64,000 bases of DNA from a virus. Below the pieces are notes generated by a model. That model was not told the DNA's origin. It saw nothing but the letters and a program-made list of their open reading frames with translations, and searched no databases. A program made the translations under genes and the position numbers. The stretch lies in IMG/VR virus record IMGVR_UViG_3300033148_004210, positions 37,596-101,595 of that record. The stretch is one strand, 5' to 3'. This document shows positions 51,972 through 62,844 of the stretch, in pieces (position 1 is the first letter of the stretch; the number at the start of each line of letters is the position of its first letter).

Positions 51972-52424
51972 TTATACATTGTAAGCCTTTTTTTGTAAGG
52001 TGTTTATTGCAAAATCGTCTGCTTCTCTCTCTCGGATAGCCCTCGGATAATCGCTACCTTTTTTTTGGAAGTGTCTTTGTTTATGATGATACAATTCATG
52101 TAGTAAGATGAAACGTAAACACTTTTTTTTATTGTTATGGATAATGTTGTTTATTTTTTGCCTTCTGCCTTCATAATAATCATCGCTATACCCTTTTTTT
52201 ATTCTTAACTTTATGGTATAATAATTAAATTCTATTAGTTTGTCTTTAGGATAATAACAGTTACCCATTATACATTTATCGTATAAAATGTTAAGTCTTA
52301 CCTGTCCGTAATTTACGCCTAAAGTTAGAATAGCCAGCTTTTGGAATAAACTTTTTAATAGTGAGTTATGCTTATTATAATACATTATACACCGCTTGTT
52401 TTTATTATAAGATAAACCAACCAT
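51972..52424 (-). CDS. HExxH zinc metallopeptidase-like protein
   Basis: LLHELYH...EREADDFA. Confidence 0.65.
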   Translation of the reverse strand: MVGLSYNKNKRCIMYYNKHNSLLKSLFQKLAILTLGVNYGQVRLNILYDKCIMGNCYYPKDKLIEFNYYTIKLRIKKGYSDDYYEGRRQKINNIIHNNKKKCLRFILLHELYHHKQRHFQKKGSDYPRAIREREADDFAINTLQKKAYNV

Positions 52425-52902
52425 GTTATTATAGCCAATAAATACCCTATGCCTATCTCTTGTGAATACCTATCATGTAAGGGAATTTTTATTTTATACG
52501 TTGATAATTTTTTCATTATATACCCTTTTCTTTTGCTTCCCAAAATTTTTATCCTAAATCCCTGTCATTATTAGTAAAGCACGTTAAAGTATAATCTTTT
52601 AACAAATAATCAAAAAAATCAGGAAAATATCTATCGAGGCAATTTTCAAAAAATCTATACAATAACTTTTTCATGGTAATACCTATCCTCCTATACACCT
52701 AATAAACACAACACAACCGCAACCACCCAAAATCCAAAGAAAATCACATTGAAAATAATTTTACCTTGTATATGCTCTTGTCGAGCTTTTTCTTTACTTT
52801 GTCCATAATTCACATCACCACTTACACTATCCACTATCCCCGTTATTAACTTTTGGTATGTGTAACTTCTTTTAGTGTTCATTGTCCTTGCCTCCATTAT
52901 CC

Positions 52903-52930
52903 AGTATACACTATCTACACCAGAAGACAA
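52903..52930 (-). promoter_or_regulatory. Promoter TTGTCT-N16-TATACT, first leftward promoter
   Basis: TTGTCTtctggtgtagatagtgTATACTggataatggagg. Confidence 0.55.
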
Positions 52931-54380
52931 GAGGGAAAAACTTCCTTTTTTATCCTTAACACCCTACGCTTACATCATACCTGTATACATACACACCGCG
53001 ATAAGCTAACTATTGCATACTCTTAACATCTACTCTATAACTAACTTTCGCGTATTCCTAACCACTTAACTATTGATAATCCTAACTATACAGCCCAACA
53101 TCTTAACCACTTTATAAAACCCTTAACCAAGTGGCTACCAACCGCCAACGAATAAAACCGCTAACGCCTATTCTCCAATACCTTATAATGTAACCAACCA
53201 ATAAGCTATCGCGTAACGCCTTCATTATCTAACTAATGCTATACCAATAAACAACCTATGCTTTAACTATCACTATACAATAAGACGTATACCAATAACT
53301 AACGTGTAAGACAGAGGACAAAAGGATTATACTGATGATAAGGACGATAAATTTTTGCTAAACTCATCAGATGAGAATATCTACGCCACGCACAACCCTC
53401 CATTATAATCATACATTATAACACCGCCTAATCGTTACTATGTAAGGACTTACATCAAAAAAGGGGTGGGGTTAAGATTAGCAAAAGGTAGTTTTTGACC
53501 TATTTTAAACCCTATTGTAGCCTTAAAACGAGCACTTTACCCCCTAAATAGCCCATAATAAGCCCTATATCGGGCATTATAAAAAAGTTCGCCTCACTCT
53601 ATCTTTAATGCTTTTAGTGTCTTCGTAGGGGGTCGTATTTAGCATTATATGGGGGTTTGAATTAATCACTTAGAAGTAAATATAGGGGTTGATTTTAGTA
53701 ATATTAATGGGGTTATGGAATAGACTAAAGGGGACATTATTGGAACATTTTACATAATTTATCAGAACTGATACGATAGTGTGGAATTTATAAAACTAAG
53801 TATCAGAATTGATACAGTATTATGTTGTGTTGATTTTGATACGTATTTAGGGCTGGGGCTAAATTTAGCTTTAGGGTTAATAGGAGCTAATTCTGAAACG
53901 GGAGTGCATATTTTTGGATGATTTTGTCATATTTGGTGTATAAGTGGTCTGATTTTTTGATAGATAGTGCATATTTTCTATACCTGAAGAAGTATGATAT
54001 TTTAGAATTTATCCTGATAGGGTATAGTATTTTTGTTAAATTGGTAAAATTATACCTGATAGGGGCTGAATTTTTATTTTATATTAAGTAAGGGAGGTGG
54101 CATTTTGCCACCCCCCTTTTTCCGAATCATATCGCGTGGTTCGCAAAGTTCGATTTTTATATGACGAATATATGAGATTATGTATGGATACCTACAAAGA
54201 TTTGTATGGATGGATACAATTACAATAAAGGATTGGCACAGGGCGAAGCCCTTAGAAGTTTACTTATAGATAAGGGTTATTTTTGGTGAATTGGGTAGCC
54301 ATCGGTGATTGGTATCCAAATTAAGAATGAAAAAGTGATAATCTTATCATCTGTAATGATAATGAAAATAAATGCCTCAA
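52931..54380. other. Long non-coding divergent region: candidate replication origin or genome end/pac region
   Basis: No ORF of 60 aa or more; coding strand switches here; + strand is C-rich before about 53460 and G-rich after; several palindromes. Confidence 0.6.
54092..54121 (+). terminator. Rho-independent terminator-like hairpin
   Basis: GGGAGGTGGCA TTT TGCCACCCCCC TTTTT. Confidence 0.6.
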
Positions 54381-54384
54381 AACC

Positions 54385-54414
54385 TTGACAGATAGGGGGG
54401 TTATGTGGTATAAT
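54385..54414 (+). promoter_or_regulatory. Promoter TTGACA-N18-TATAAT with extended -10
   Basis: TTGACAgataggggggttatgtggTATAAT. Confidence 0.8.
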
Positions 54415-55151
54415 AGAGGTAGAATAAGGTTAAAATGACATGTTAATGTCTACTAGCCCGATTTTTAATATTTAAAGGAGAAGAAAATGTTAGGATTCGT
54501 ATGGTATAAAAGAGGAAATAGAGTAATAGGCAATAGTCGTTACGGGTATGGAAGAAAAGGAACAATAATAAAAATAGACTTTTTGGGAAATATCTTTGAT
54601 AGACGTTCATTTTTAGTTAAATATGATAATGGATTAAAAGCAGGTGGTTATCACGAATTTCGTGAAAATTTAAAGCGAATTAAGGAGAATAAATAATGAC
54701 TGACTCTAAAAAGAGACTTGAAGAAATATTAAAAGAATTTTATACTCATATCGCAGGGGTCGATGATTACGGATGTAAAGACTGTAGGAAAATAGCAGAA
54801 AAAATCCTAAAAGAATTCGTGTATAAGGATAATTTGCCGAGTGAAGATGAATATGCAAAAAGTTTATATAATTATTTGAAACACACAAAAATTAAATACC
54901 TGTTGAATGGATGGGTGGATTGTATTCCTTTAGCTGAAATTATCCGAAAATTAATAGAAGGAAAGAAATGAAAGAAATACTTATAACAGTAAGTGACATA
55001 GAAAAGTATATGGGAATAGATAATTATAGAAAATTTGTAGATGAAATTAACAAAAGATTTAAAAAACAATTTAAAAGAAGCCTCACAGGATTTTGGATAA
55101 TTGCACAACAATTAGAAGAAAAAGATAAATTTTAATAAAGGAGTAACAGTA

Positions 55152-55841
55152 ATGGGATATAATAAAGGCAAAAATAATCCCAATTTTAAATACAATATTA
55201 CAAAACAATTTCTTGTTAAAGAATATATTGTAAATAAAAAATCAATGCCACAAATTGCTAAATTAATTGGTTGTTCTTGGATGAATATTAAAAGATATTT
55301 ATTAAAATATAATATCAGGATTAGAACTTATAAAGAAATAAATTTAGGAAAAAATAATGGAATATGGCAAGGAGATAATGTTTCCTATAATGCTTTACAT
55401 GGTTGGGTAAGAAGGCATTTACCTAAACCCAAAAATTGCCCAAAATGTAATAAAAGACTTGTATATGATTTATCAAATAAAAGTGGAAAATATCTTAGAG
55501 ATTTATCAGATTTTGAATGGTTATGTAGAAAATGCCACATGTTATCAGATAAGCGGTTGGAAAAATTAAAACAATGTAGGATACTAGATATAGGAATCAA
55601 TAAAAGAATATTAAAACAAGAATATATCGATAATCATAAATCAACTACAGAATTAGCTAATGAGTTTAAATGTTCTAGAAGTTGTATAAGAAACAGATTA
55701 ATTAAATATAATATTCCAAGAAGAACTATAAGCGAATCTTTAGCAGGAAAAAATCACCCTATGTATAATAAACATCTTTCAATAACAACAAGACGAAAAA
55801 TAAGCAACTCATTAAAATCAAAAGAAAGGAAAACTGTATGA
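55152..55841 (+). mobile_element. HNH-type homing endonuclease with HTH/NUMOD repeats
   Basis: GKNNPN, HTH repeat like 1766..2986, Y.ALH.WV.R.....P..C..C......DL.N.SG.Y.R...D..WLC.KCH. Confidence 0.75.
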
Positions 55842-56669
55842 GCTTTTTATGTGATAATTGCAAGCAGACTAGCCCCCCGAGAACTAGAATGAATAAAATA
55901 ATAATAAAAAAAAGAGAAAGGGCGTATTATAATATTATAATTAGACATAAATTAATTAAAAAAGAAAGATATATGCAATTCGAAAGAAAAGACCAACAAA
56001 TTTTAGAAAATCTTGAAAGACAAGGTTGGAAAGTGGTAAACGAATCATTCTCAAAAGGAATTGAGATTGTGAAAGAAAAAAGTATATGTGAGGATTGTAA
56101 TAAGAAATTGGAGAAAAATAGTGAGACATTCTAAGAATTCGTTTTATAGAAAATTAAGACTGCCTCCAGAAATCAGAGGAGCAATACGGTTTTTTAATGA
56201 TATAAAAAAGAAAATGTTGACAGAAGATTTAGACAGTCAAGGTTATTCAAGAAAAAAGAGAAAATAATATGGATACTTTTATCAGTGTAATAATGTTAAT
56301 AGGTCTTTATTGGTGGTTAACTCATAAACAAAAGAAGAATGAAAGGTTTTAATTATGGAAGATAAGTGGCGAAAAGAATATGATAAATATATGAATAGGC
56401 ATTTAGCGGATACTATTCAAGGATTAGACGAACCTAATAATATACATCATTGTCCAAATTGCGGTGAGTATCTATGGGCTGATAAACATCACATGTCTTA
56501 TGACTTTTGTGTATATTGCGGTGTAAATCTCAAAGGTAAGAAACTTCCTTTTGAGAGGATATAGACCAATTTTAGGATTTAACTATTGTAATTCTTAACC
56601 TTTTTTCTTTTATTTCTTTAACCTCTTATAAATAAAGGACTTATGTAAAAAAATAATTCCCCTATAACC

Positions 56670-56699
56670 TTGACAGACTGCCTTCTTATAGTGTATACT
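56670..56699 (+). promoter_or_regulatory. Promoter TTGACA-N18-TATACT
   Basis: TTGACAgactgccttcttatagtgTATACTatatatagg. Confidence 0.8.
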
Positions 56700-56784
56700 A
56701 TATATAGGAGCACACAAAAGAGGCATGTCTAATAATTTTTCTATATATAACTATATTTTAACAGAACAGAATCCAATGTAACAT

Positions 56785-56812
56785 AACCGCCAATAAAGGC
56801 GGTTTTTTTTTT
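56785..56812 (+). terminator. Rho-independent terminator
   Basis: AACCGCC AATAAA GGCGGTT followed by a T-run. Confidence 0.85.
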
Positions 56813-57211
56813 ATTATAAATAACATTTGGGGAGAAAGATAGAGAGAAAGAAGTAGGAGGAAGAAAGTATGATATTAAAACTAAGAACAATGGACAGTGG
56901 TTGGGTATTTTTTCCGTTTGATGGAAGAATAAAAGAAAGAGAATTATCAGAAATTCAATACAAAAACGGTTGTGATTCGAATGTTCCTGATAGAAGAGAA
57001 GTTAGTATAGAAAATTTGAATGGACAATCTTATAGTGTATATGACGGAAAATTAAAAGTCATAAGGTTTGAGAACCCAAAAAAAGTTAATGCAGATTTCG
57101 TTATTTATACCAATTTATCAGTTTATTTACTTAATGATGAAGGTAAGACAATAGAAAAAATAAATTAATAAAGATTCTTTCTCCCTAATAATTTTATTGT
57201 AAGGACAAAAA

Positions 57212-57832
57212 ATGGCAAATTTAAAATATCGTTTTTCTGGAACGGGATTAAATAAAGACGAAAAGAAATTAGCTAAGAAACTTTTCGATGGATACAAAAA
57301 AAATTATTCGATTGATACCCTTAGCGACCTTCAACTTTTAGAATCTTTGGTATATAGAGAAACAATTCAAATTCGTTATAAAAAGAAAATAGAAGACTTA
57401 TCAAAAAGCAAAACTGTAAAAGCTACTGATATAATTCCTAGAAATGTTTTAAGCAGTCTTGATGATAATGAGACACATATACTTACTCTTAAAGAAAAAT
57501 TGGGATTATTTTCTGATAAAAAAGAAGATAGTGATGCTTTTAAGTATCTTGAAATTTTAAAGAAGAAATTTAAAATTTGGTTAAAAGAAAATCAAGCAAG
57601 TCGCACTCTTATATGTCCCCATTGTTCCAAAATGATAATGTTAAAGATTAGAACTGAAGCTTGGGAAGCTCAAAAACATAGTATGTTTCGTGATAGAATA
57701 CTTTGTAATGACCATTTAGTTAAATTATTTATGGATAAAAAAATAACAGCCGACGATTGTGCTAAGGTGCTTGGAACTAGTAAAGATTATATACAATGGT
57801 TAATTTCGAAATGGTATGATAATGAAAAGTAA
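57212..57832 (+). CDS. Hypothetical protein, candidate terminase small subunit
   Basis: Helical protein upstream of TerL, with CPHC and a C-terminal HTH; called from position only. Confidence 0.4.
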   Translation: MANLKYRFSGTGLNKDEKKLAKKLFDGYKKNYSIDTLSDLQLLESLVYRETIQIRYKKKIEDLSKSKTVKATDIIPRNVLSSLDDNETHILTLKEKLGLFSDKKEDSDAFKYLEILKKKFKIWLKENQASRTLICPHCSKMIMLKIRTEAWEAQKHSMFRDRILCNDHLVKLFMDKKITADDCAKVLGTSKDYIQWLISKWYDNEK

Positions 57833-58514
57833 AATCTGTAGTAAATGTAAAATAAAAAGACCTATAATAGAATTTTCTAAAGACAAAACCAGAAAAGATG
57901 GTTATTATCCTATTTGCAAAACATGTATAAGAAAATATAAATTAAAGAATAGAAAAAAGATTTTAAAACAGAAGTTGGAACATTATCGAAAAAACATAAA
58001 AACTTATAAGGCTAATAGTAAGAAATGGAAAGATAATCATCGTTTACAAATAAAAGAATACAATAAAATTTATAGATTAAATAATAAAGATAAAATTAAA
58101 TTATCAATAAAAAATTGGAAGATAAAAAACAAAGAACATAGTCGAATTTATTATAAAAATCGAAGAAAAGAAGATATAAATTATAGAATTCTTACATATT
58201 TAAGAACTAGGATACGTGTCGTTTTAAAGAAAAATAAAAAATCCGCAAAAACAAAAAAATTAGTAGGATGCTCGTTAGAGAAATTAAAACGGCATTTAGA
58301 AAACCAATTCAAAAAAGGAATGGCTTGGAAAAATCATGGTAGAGGATGGAACGGTAAAGGTAAAATAGAATGGCATATCGACCATATTAAACCTTGCTGT
58401 AAATTCAATTTAAGTAAAGTAAGTGAACAACAGAAATGCTTTTATTATAAAAACTTACAACCCTTATGGGCTGAAGAGAATCAGAAAAAACATGCCAAAT
58501 ATCCTTTCGTTTAA
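57816..58514 (+). mobile_element. HNH homing endonuclease
   Basis: CSKC/CKTC; LR.R...LVGCS...LK.HLE.QF..GM.W.NHG...WHIDHIKPC...LQPLWA.EN. Confidence 0.85.
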
Positions 58515-58707
58515 GCTCACCGATAAAAGATAATTCTCCTTAAATACGTTATAGGAATCTTTTAGTGGACAAACTTAGAAAATATAGACGTAGACATTTT
58601 ATTATTTTAAGATTAAAAGAATTAGCAAAACTTTTAGAAAAAAATTTGCCAGACAAGGATTGGTATTATCTTTTAGAATCAAAATACAGAGAAATACTAA
58701 AAAAACA

Positions 58708-60327
58708 ATGCTAACACAGAAACTTACTAAAGAAGAATTGGAATTTATGGAGACTTGGAATGACCCAATAGCTCTTAGTGAGAATTTATTTAATGATTTC
58801 GATAATTTGGGAGATTTTCATCCTGAAAAATTTGGAAGAATTCGATTATACCAACTCCCTTTTATGTCTTTCGAATCTCTTATAGACGAAAATAAAGAAG
58901 GATTAAGTGAAAAAGAACGATTTCAACTTAAAAAGAATGTCGGAGATTGTTACAATCTTGGTGCAAGAAAATATGGTAAATCTCTTATTACGATAAAATT
59001 GGATATGGTTCTTTCTGCTTTAAATGATTATGGTTTATTAGCAGGTTTTTATTCGATAGATGAAAAACGTCTTCGAGGAATATTAGACCCTGTAAAACTC
59101 GCTATGGAATATCATCCTTTGTGTAAAATATGGAATATGAAGTGCACTTATAAACCAGCAATTATATTTTATGGAAGAAAGAATAAGTGGCTTCTTCAAG
59201 GAATCAATTTAACTTTAAAGGGTAAGACTCCTGGAGAACAATTTTATCAACTCCATGTAAAAAAGTTATGGGGTGACGAAGTTAGTTTCGAAACTCAAGA
59301 AGTTTTTGAAAAAAGAAAAGAATCTCTTTCAGAAGTAGGGGCAGTGATTCGTCTTTCGGGCATGACAAACTTTTTACGTCATAGTCCTATAGGTAAAACT
59401 TTTTATGCTCCAGAAAATAAAGAAAAAGTTATAAATCTTCCTCAATTTGTTAATCCTTTTTGGGATGAAGCTGAAAAATTAGATAGAATTAAAGTTTATG
59501 GTGGTGAAGATTCTATTAATTATAGAGTTTTCGTAAAAGGAGAAATTGTTGAAGACGGTGTTTCTGAATTAGATATGGAACGAATTCAGAAATGTTATCA
59601 AAGAAAAAAGACAATTAAATCTTTTGAAATTCCTAAAAAACGCTTTGCCAGATTTAAAGATTATATAGTAGTAGAAAGACCAAAAAATGCCGATAGGATT
59701 TTTATTTCGTCTGATGTTGGAGATACTCATAGTGAAATAATTATACATTCAGAAGTTGGAAATAAATATAATTATTTATATAATATAACTCTTTATAATT
59801 TAAAAAACGATGAACAAGAACAAATTTTTAAATATTTGATAGATAAACTTTCAGCTAATGTAGTTGCTATTGATTGCGGAGATGCTTTTGGAAGAATTCT
59901 TTGCGACCATTTAGAGAAATCTTATTCCAAAGAAAATATAGTAAGATATGCTGGAGCTTCTAAAATAACAGTCGGATTTGAACAAGACGAAAAAGGCAAT
60001 ATACTTATAAAACATGGTAAACCTATTGAAAAGCAAGAATACATGTCAGAATGGTCAGTAGCAAGATTAAAAGTTTTATTATACGAGATAAGAGTAAATA
60101 TCCCAATGTGTCATAAGCTTGATATGCAGTTTTCTCAAGTGGTAGGTATTCGTTCTGGAACAAGAATTAGATACAAATCTTTAAATGAAAATGACCATTT
60201 ATTTAATGCTTGGAGACCCTTTTGTATTGCCCAATGGCTTAAAAAAGATTTTAATCAAACCCCTAAAATGTCTCAAAGTTGGGGTAGTGGAGCAAATAGT
60301 TGGGTAAAAGAGAAAGAAAAGAAATAA
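58708..60327 (+). CDS. terL: Terminase large subunit
   Basis: GARKYGKS Walker A, LWGDE Walker B, SDVG RNase-H-like nuclease motif, C-terminal DH; upstream of the portal-like gene. Confidence 0.75.
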   Translation: MLTQKLTKEELEFMETWNDPIALSENLFNDFDNLGDFHPEKFGRIRLYQLPFMSFESLIDENKEGLSEKERFQLKKNVGDCYNLGARKYGKSLITIKLDMVLSALNDYGLLAGFYSIDEKRLRGILDPVKLAMEYHPLCKIWNMKCTYKPAIIFYGRKNKWLLQGINLTLKGKTPGEQFYQLHVKKLWGDEVSFETQEVFEKRKESLSEVGAVIRLSGMTNFLRHSPIGKTFYAPENKEKVINLPQFVNPFWDEAEKLDRIKVYGGEDSINYRVFVKGEIVEDGVSELDMERIQKCYQRKKTIKSFEIPKKRFARFKDYIVVERPKNADRIFISSDVGDTHSEIIIHSEVGNKYNYLYNITLYNLKNDEQEQIFKYLIDKLSANVVAIDCGDAFGRILCDHLEKSYSKENIVRYAGASKITVGFEQDEKGNILIKHGKPIEKQEYMSEWSVARLKVLLYEIRVNIPMCHKLDMQFSQVVGIRSGTRIRYKSLNENDHLFNAWRPFCIAQWLKKDFNQTPKMSQSWGSGANSWVKEKEKK

Positions 60328-61019
60328 TGAATAAAGAAAAAATCCAATATTACTGTAAATGTGGAAAACAAATTTGTTGGAGAACAGCTTTATATGGAAG
60401 TGGTAATTGTCATAGATGTATACAATTTGGGAGAAAAAATCCTAAACATAGTTTACGAATGATAGGAAAAAATAATCCCATGTTTGGTAAACATCATACT
60501 TTTACGACAAAAGAAAAAATTAGTAAAATTAATAAAGGACTCAAACGCACAGAAGAAGTTAAATTAAAAATTTCTACAATTACAAAAGGAAAAAATAATC
60601 CTTTTTTTGGTAAACACCATAATAAAGAGACAAAATTAAAAATAAGTAAATTTCATACAGGATTGAAAGCATCGAAAGAAACGAAACAAAAATTAAGTGA
60701 TATGAGAAAAGGCAATAAAAATCCAAATTGGAAAAATGGAATTTCTAAACTGCCTTATTCTTTTGAATTTAATGAAAAACTTAAATTAAAAATTCGAAAA
60801 AGAGACGATTATATATGCCAAAAATGTGGTATGACTGAAGAAGAACATTTAATAGTTTATGGTAAGGTTTTAACAATTCATCATATCGATTATAATAAAG
60901 AGAATTGCGAAGAAGATAATTTAATTACAACATGTAGTGAATGTAATAGTAGAGTAAATTTTAATAGAAATTATTGGACAGAATATTTTAAAAATTTAAT
61001 AATTAAAAAGGAGAAATAA
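60327..61019 (+). mobile_element. NUMOD3-HNH homing endonuclease
   Basis: GKNNP(M/F)FGKHH..ETK.KIS repeats; RKRDDYICQKC...HHIDYNK.N...NLIT.C..C. Confidence 0.88.
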
Positions 61020-61020
61020 T

Positions 61021-62844
61021 ATGGCAAGTTTGGACGCGGGTCTTTTTGTAAATTTTGCATTGTCGCTTCTTTTGAAAAAGATTGTAGTGCCTAGTGATTA
61101 TGAAAATCAATGTAAGGCAGTGAAGGAGCTTCAGATGGATGATGTCAGCGGTTTAGTAGATTCTTTAACAGATTTTGCAGTGCAATCTGCAAATGTGGAT
61201 TTTTCTATTGAAACTGATAATGTCCAATTTACTAAAATTCTTAAAAAATGGTTAGACAGAGTTAATTTAGATTATCCTCAAATACCGTCTGGTATACAAG
61301 CATTGGCTAAAGAATATTTTCAGGTAAGATGGAAGTATTCTTCTTTTCCTGTTTTAAAAATAGCCGAATGGGATGAGATGGATGGAATTACAGTTCCGAC
61401 TAAAATGTTTTTTGTAGATGGTCAAAGTATTATTGCCAGAGATATAGATGAAGGAGATGAAAATTTAAAAGTAACTAATTACGATTATTATATAGGTTCT
61501 AAAAAAGAAGATAAATTTAAGTTAGAAAAAAATTGTATTTTTGCTAGACCTTATGGTAGATGGTTTGATAAATATCCTGTTCCTTATTTAATTAAAAGGG
61601 GAGTTTATCATAATTTTAAAATTATACAATCTTTAAAGAATATGCAATCTAAAATTCTTGACCAAATTATACCTTATTTATTATTAATTAAAAAAGGGAC
61701 AGAAGGATTAGCAAAAGAAAATATTAAAACTTATAGTCAGCCAGAGTTACAAGAAATTGTTGCACAATTTCAATCTTTAATGGATGAAGTTAAATCGACA
61801 AAAGTAGGAGAAAAAAATGTTAGGTCTCCTATTAGGGCAACTAATTTCGATGAAGATATAAAACATTTGATTCCAGATTTGGGCACGATTATGAAACCAG
61901 AGTTATTTGCTCAAGCCGAAAGAAATATTCTTTCTGGATTAGGTTTTATCGATGTAATTCAAGGAATATCTGATACAAGAAAAGAAAGTGTTCTTAATCC
62001 TAAAGCATTTGTTACTGAAGTTAAAAGTGGTGTTGAAGGATTTAGAGGAATATTAAAAGAATTGGTATTTTTAATTCAACAAAAAAATGCAAAACATACT
62101 AAATATATAAATTCAGAATTTTATATAGAGGCTTCTCCAGTTAGAGCTTTCCAAACAGATGAATTTAAAAATCAAATGCGACTGCTTTGGGAAAGAGGTC
62201 AAGTATCTGACCAAACTTATTGTGAAATGGTTGGAGAAGTTACTTTCAAAACAGAAGTGCATCGCAGAGAGAAAGAAGCAAAAGAAGGCACAGATTATAC
62301 TATGTATCCTCATGTTCGAGAAAATAAAGAAGGAGTCGGGATTGATATTCCTGGGGTAGAAACTACAGACAAGGATACCGATAAGGATGGTAATCCTATA
62401 GATAATGATAAAATTGATGATAAAGAGAAATATAATATTGGGGCTAAATTTACTTGTAGTTGTCCGAAGTGTGGAACTAAGAAAACAGCTCCAGAAGGAA
62501 AACATTGTAATAAAATAAAGTGTCCGAAGTGTGGCAGTTCTATGAGGAGAGCTAATAGACCTGGAACTGGAAGACCAGACAAATCACCTAATGCTAAGAA
62601 AACAAAAGCGGAATTAGTAACTGCTCCTTATACTAAAATAACTTCTTTACCTTCCGAAGTTAAAAAGAAATTAACACCGACTAAACAAAGAGCTTGGATG
62701 AAAATATTTAATAACGCTTATAAATTGTATATGAAAAAATATGGAGATAGTAAGAAAGCAGAAACTTTAGCTTTCCGCACCGCTTGGTCTCAAATAAAAA
62801 TGGTGAAATCTAAACAAGCAGAAATAGAAAAAGGAAAAAAATAA
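61021..62844 (+). CDS. Putative portal protein with C-terminal double zinc ribbon and ChaB domain
   Basis: Follows terL, portal-like size and helical content; CSCPKCG...C...KCPKCG..M.R; PY..I..LP..VK..L....Q..WM..FN.AY.......AE..AF..AWSQ.K (ChaB). Confidence 0.7.
   Translation: MASLDAGLFVNFALSLLLKKIVVPSDYENQCKAVKELQMDDVSGLVDSLTDFAVQSANVDFSIETDNVQFTKILKKWLDRVNLDYPQIPSGIQALAKEYFQVRWKYSSFPVLKIAEWDEMDGITVPTKMFFVDGQSIIARDIDEGDENLKVTNYDYYIGSKKEDKFKLEKNCIFARPYGRWFDKYPVPYLIKRGVYHNFKIIQSLKNMQSKILDQIIPYLLLIKKGTEGLAKENIKTYSQPELQEIVAQFQSLMDEVKSTKVGEKNVRSPIRATNFDEDIKHLIPDLGTIMKPELFAQAERNILSGLGFIDVIQGISDTRKESVLNPKAFVTEVKSGVEGFRGILKELVFLIQQKNAKHTKYINSEFYIEASPVRAFQTDEFKNQMRLLWERGQVSDQTYCEMVGEVTFKTEVHRREKEAKEGTDYTMYPHVRENKEGVGIDIPGVETTDKDTDKDGNPIDNDKIDDKEKYNIGAKFTCSCPKCGTKKTAPEGKHCNKIKCPKCGSSMRRANRPGTGRPDKSPNAKKTKAELVTAPYTKITSLPSEVKKKLTPTKQRAWMKIFNNAYKLYMKKYGDSKKAETLAFRTAWSQIKMVKSKQAEIEKGKK

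Larger units (their letters stand above)
42672..52930 (-). other. Putative early/host-takeover region of small hypothetical ORFs with repeated strong promoters
   Basis: Dozens of co-oriented 50-150 aa ORFs with good RBSs and at least 6 near-consensus promoters. Confidence 0.7.

Noticed and set aside
49136-54380. CRISPR array
   Set aside because: The repeats are few, diverged and irregularly spaced; no repeat-spacer periodicity or cas genes.
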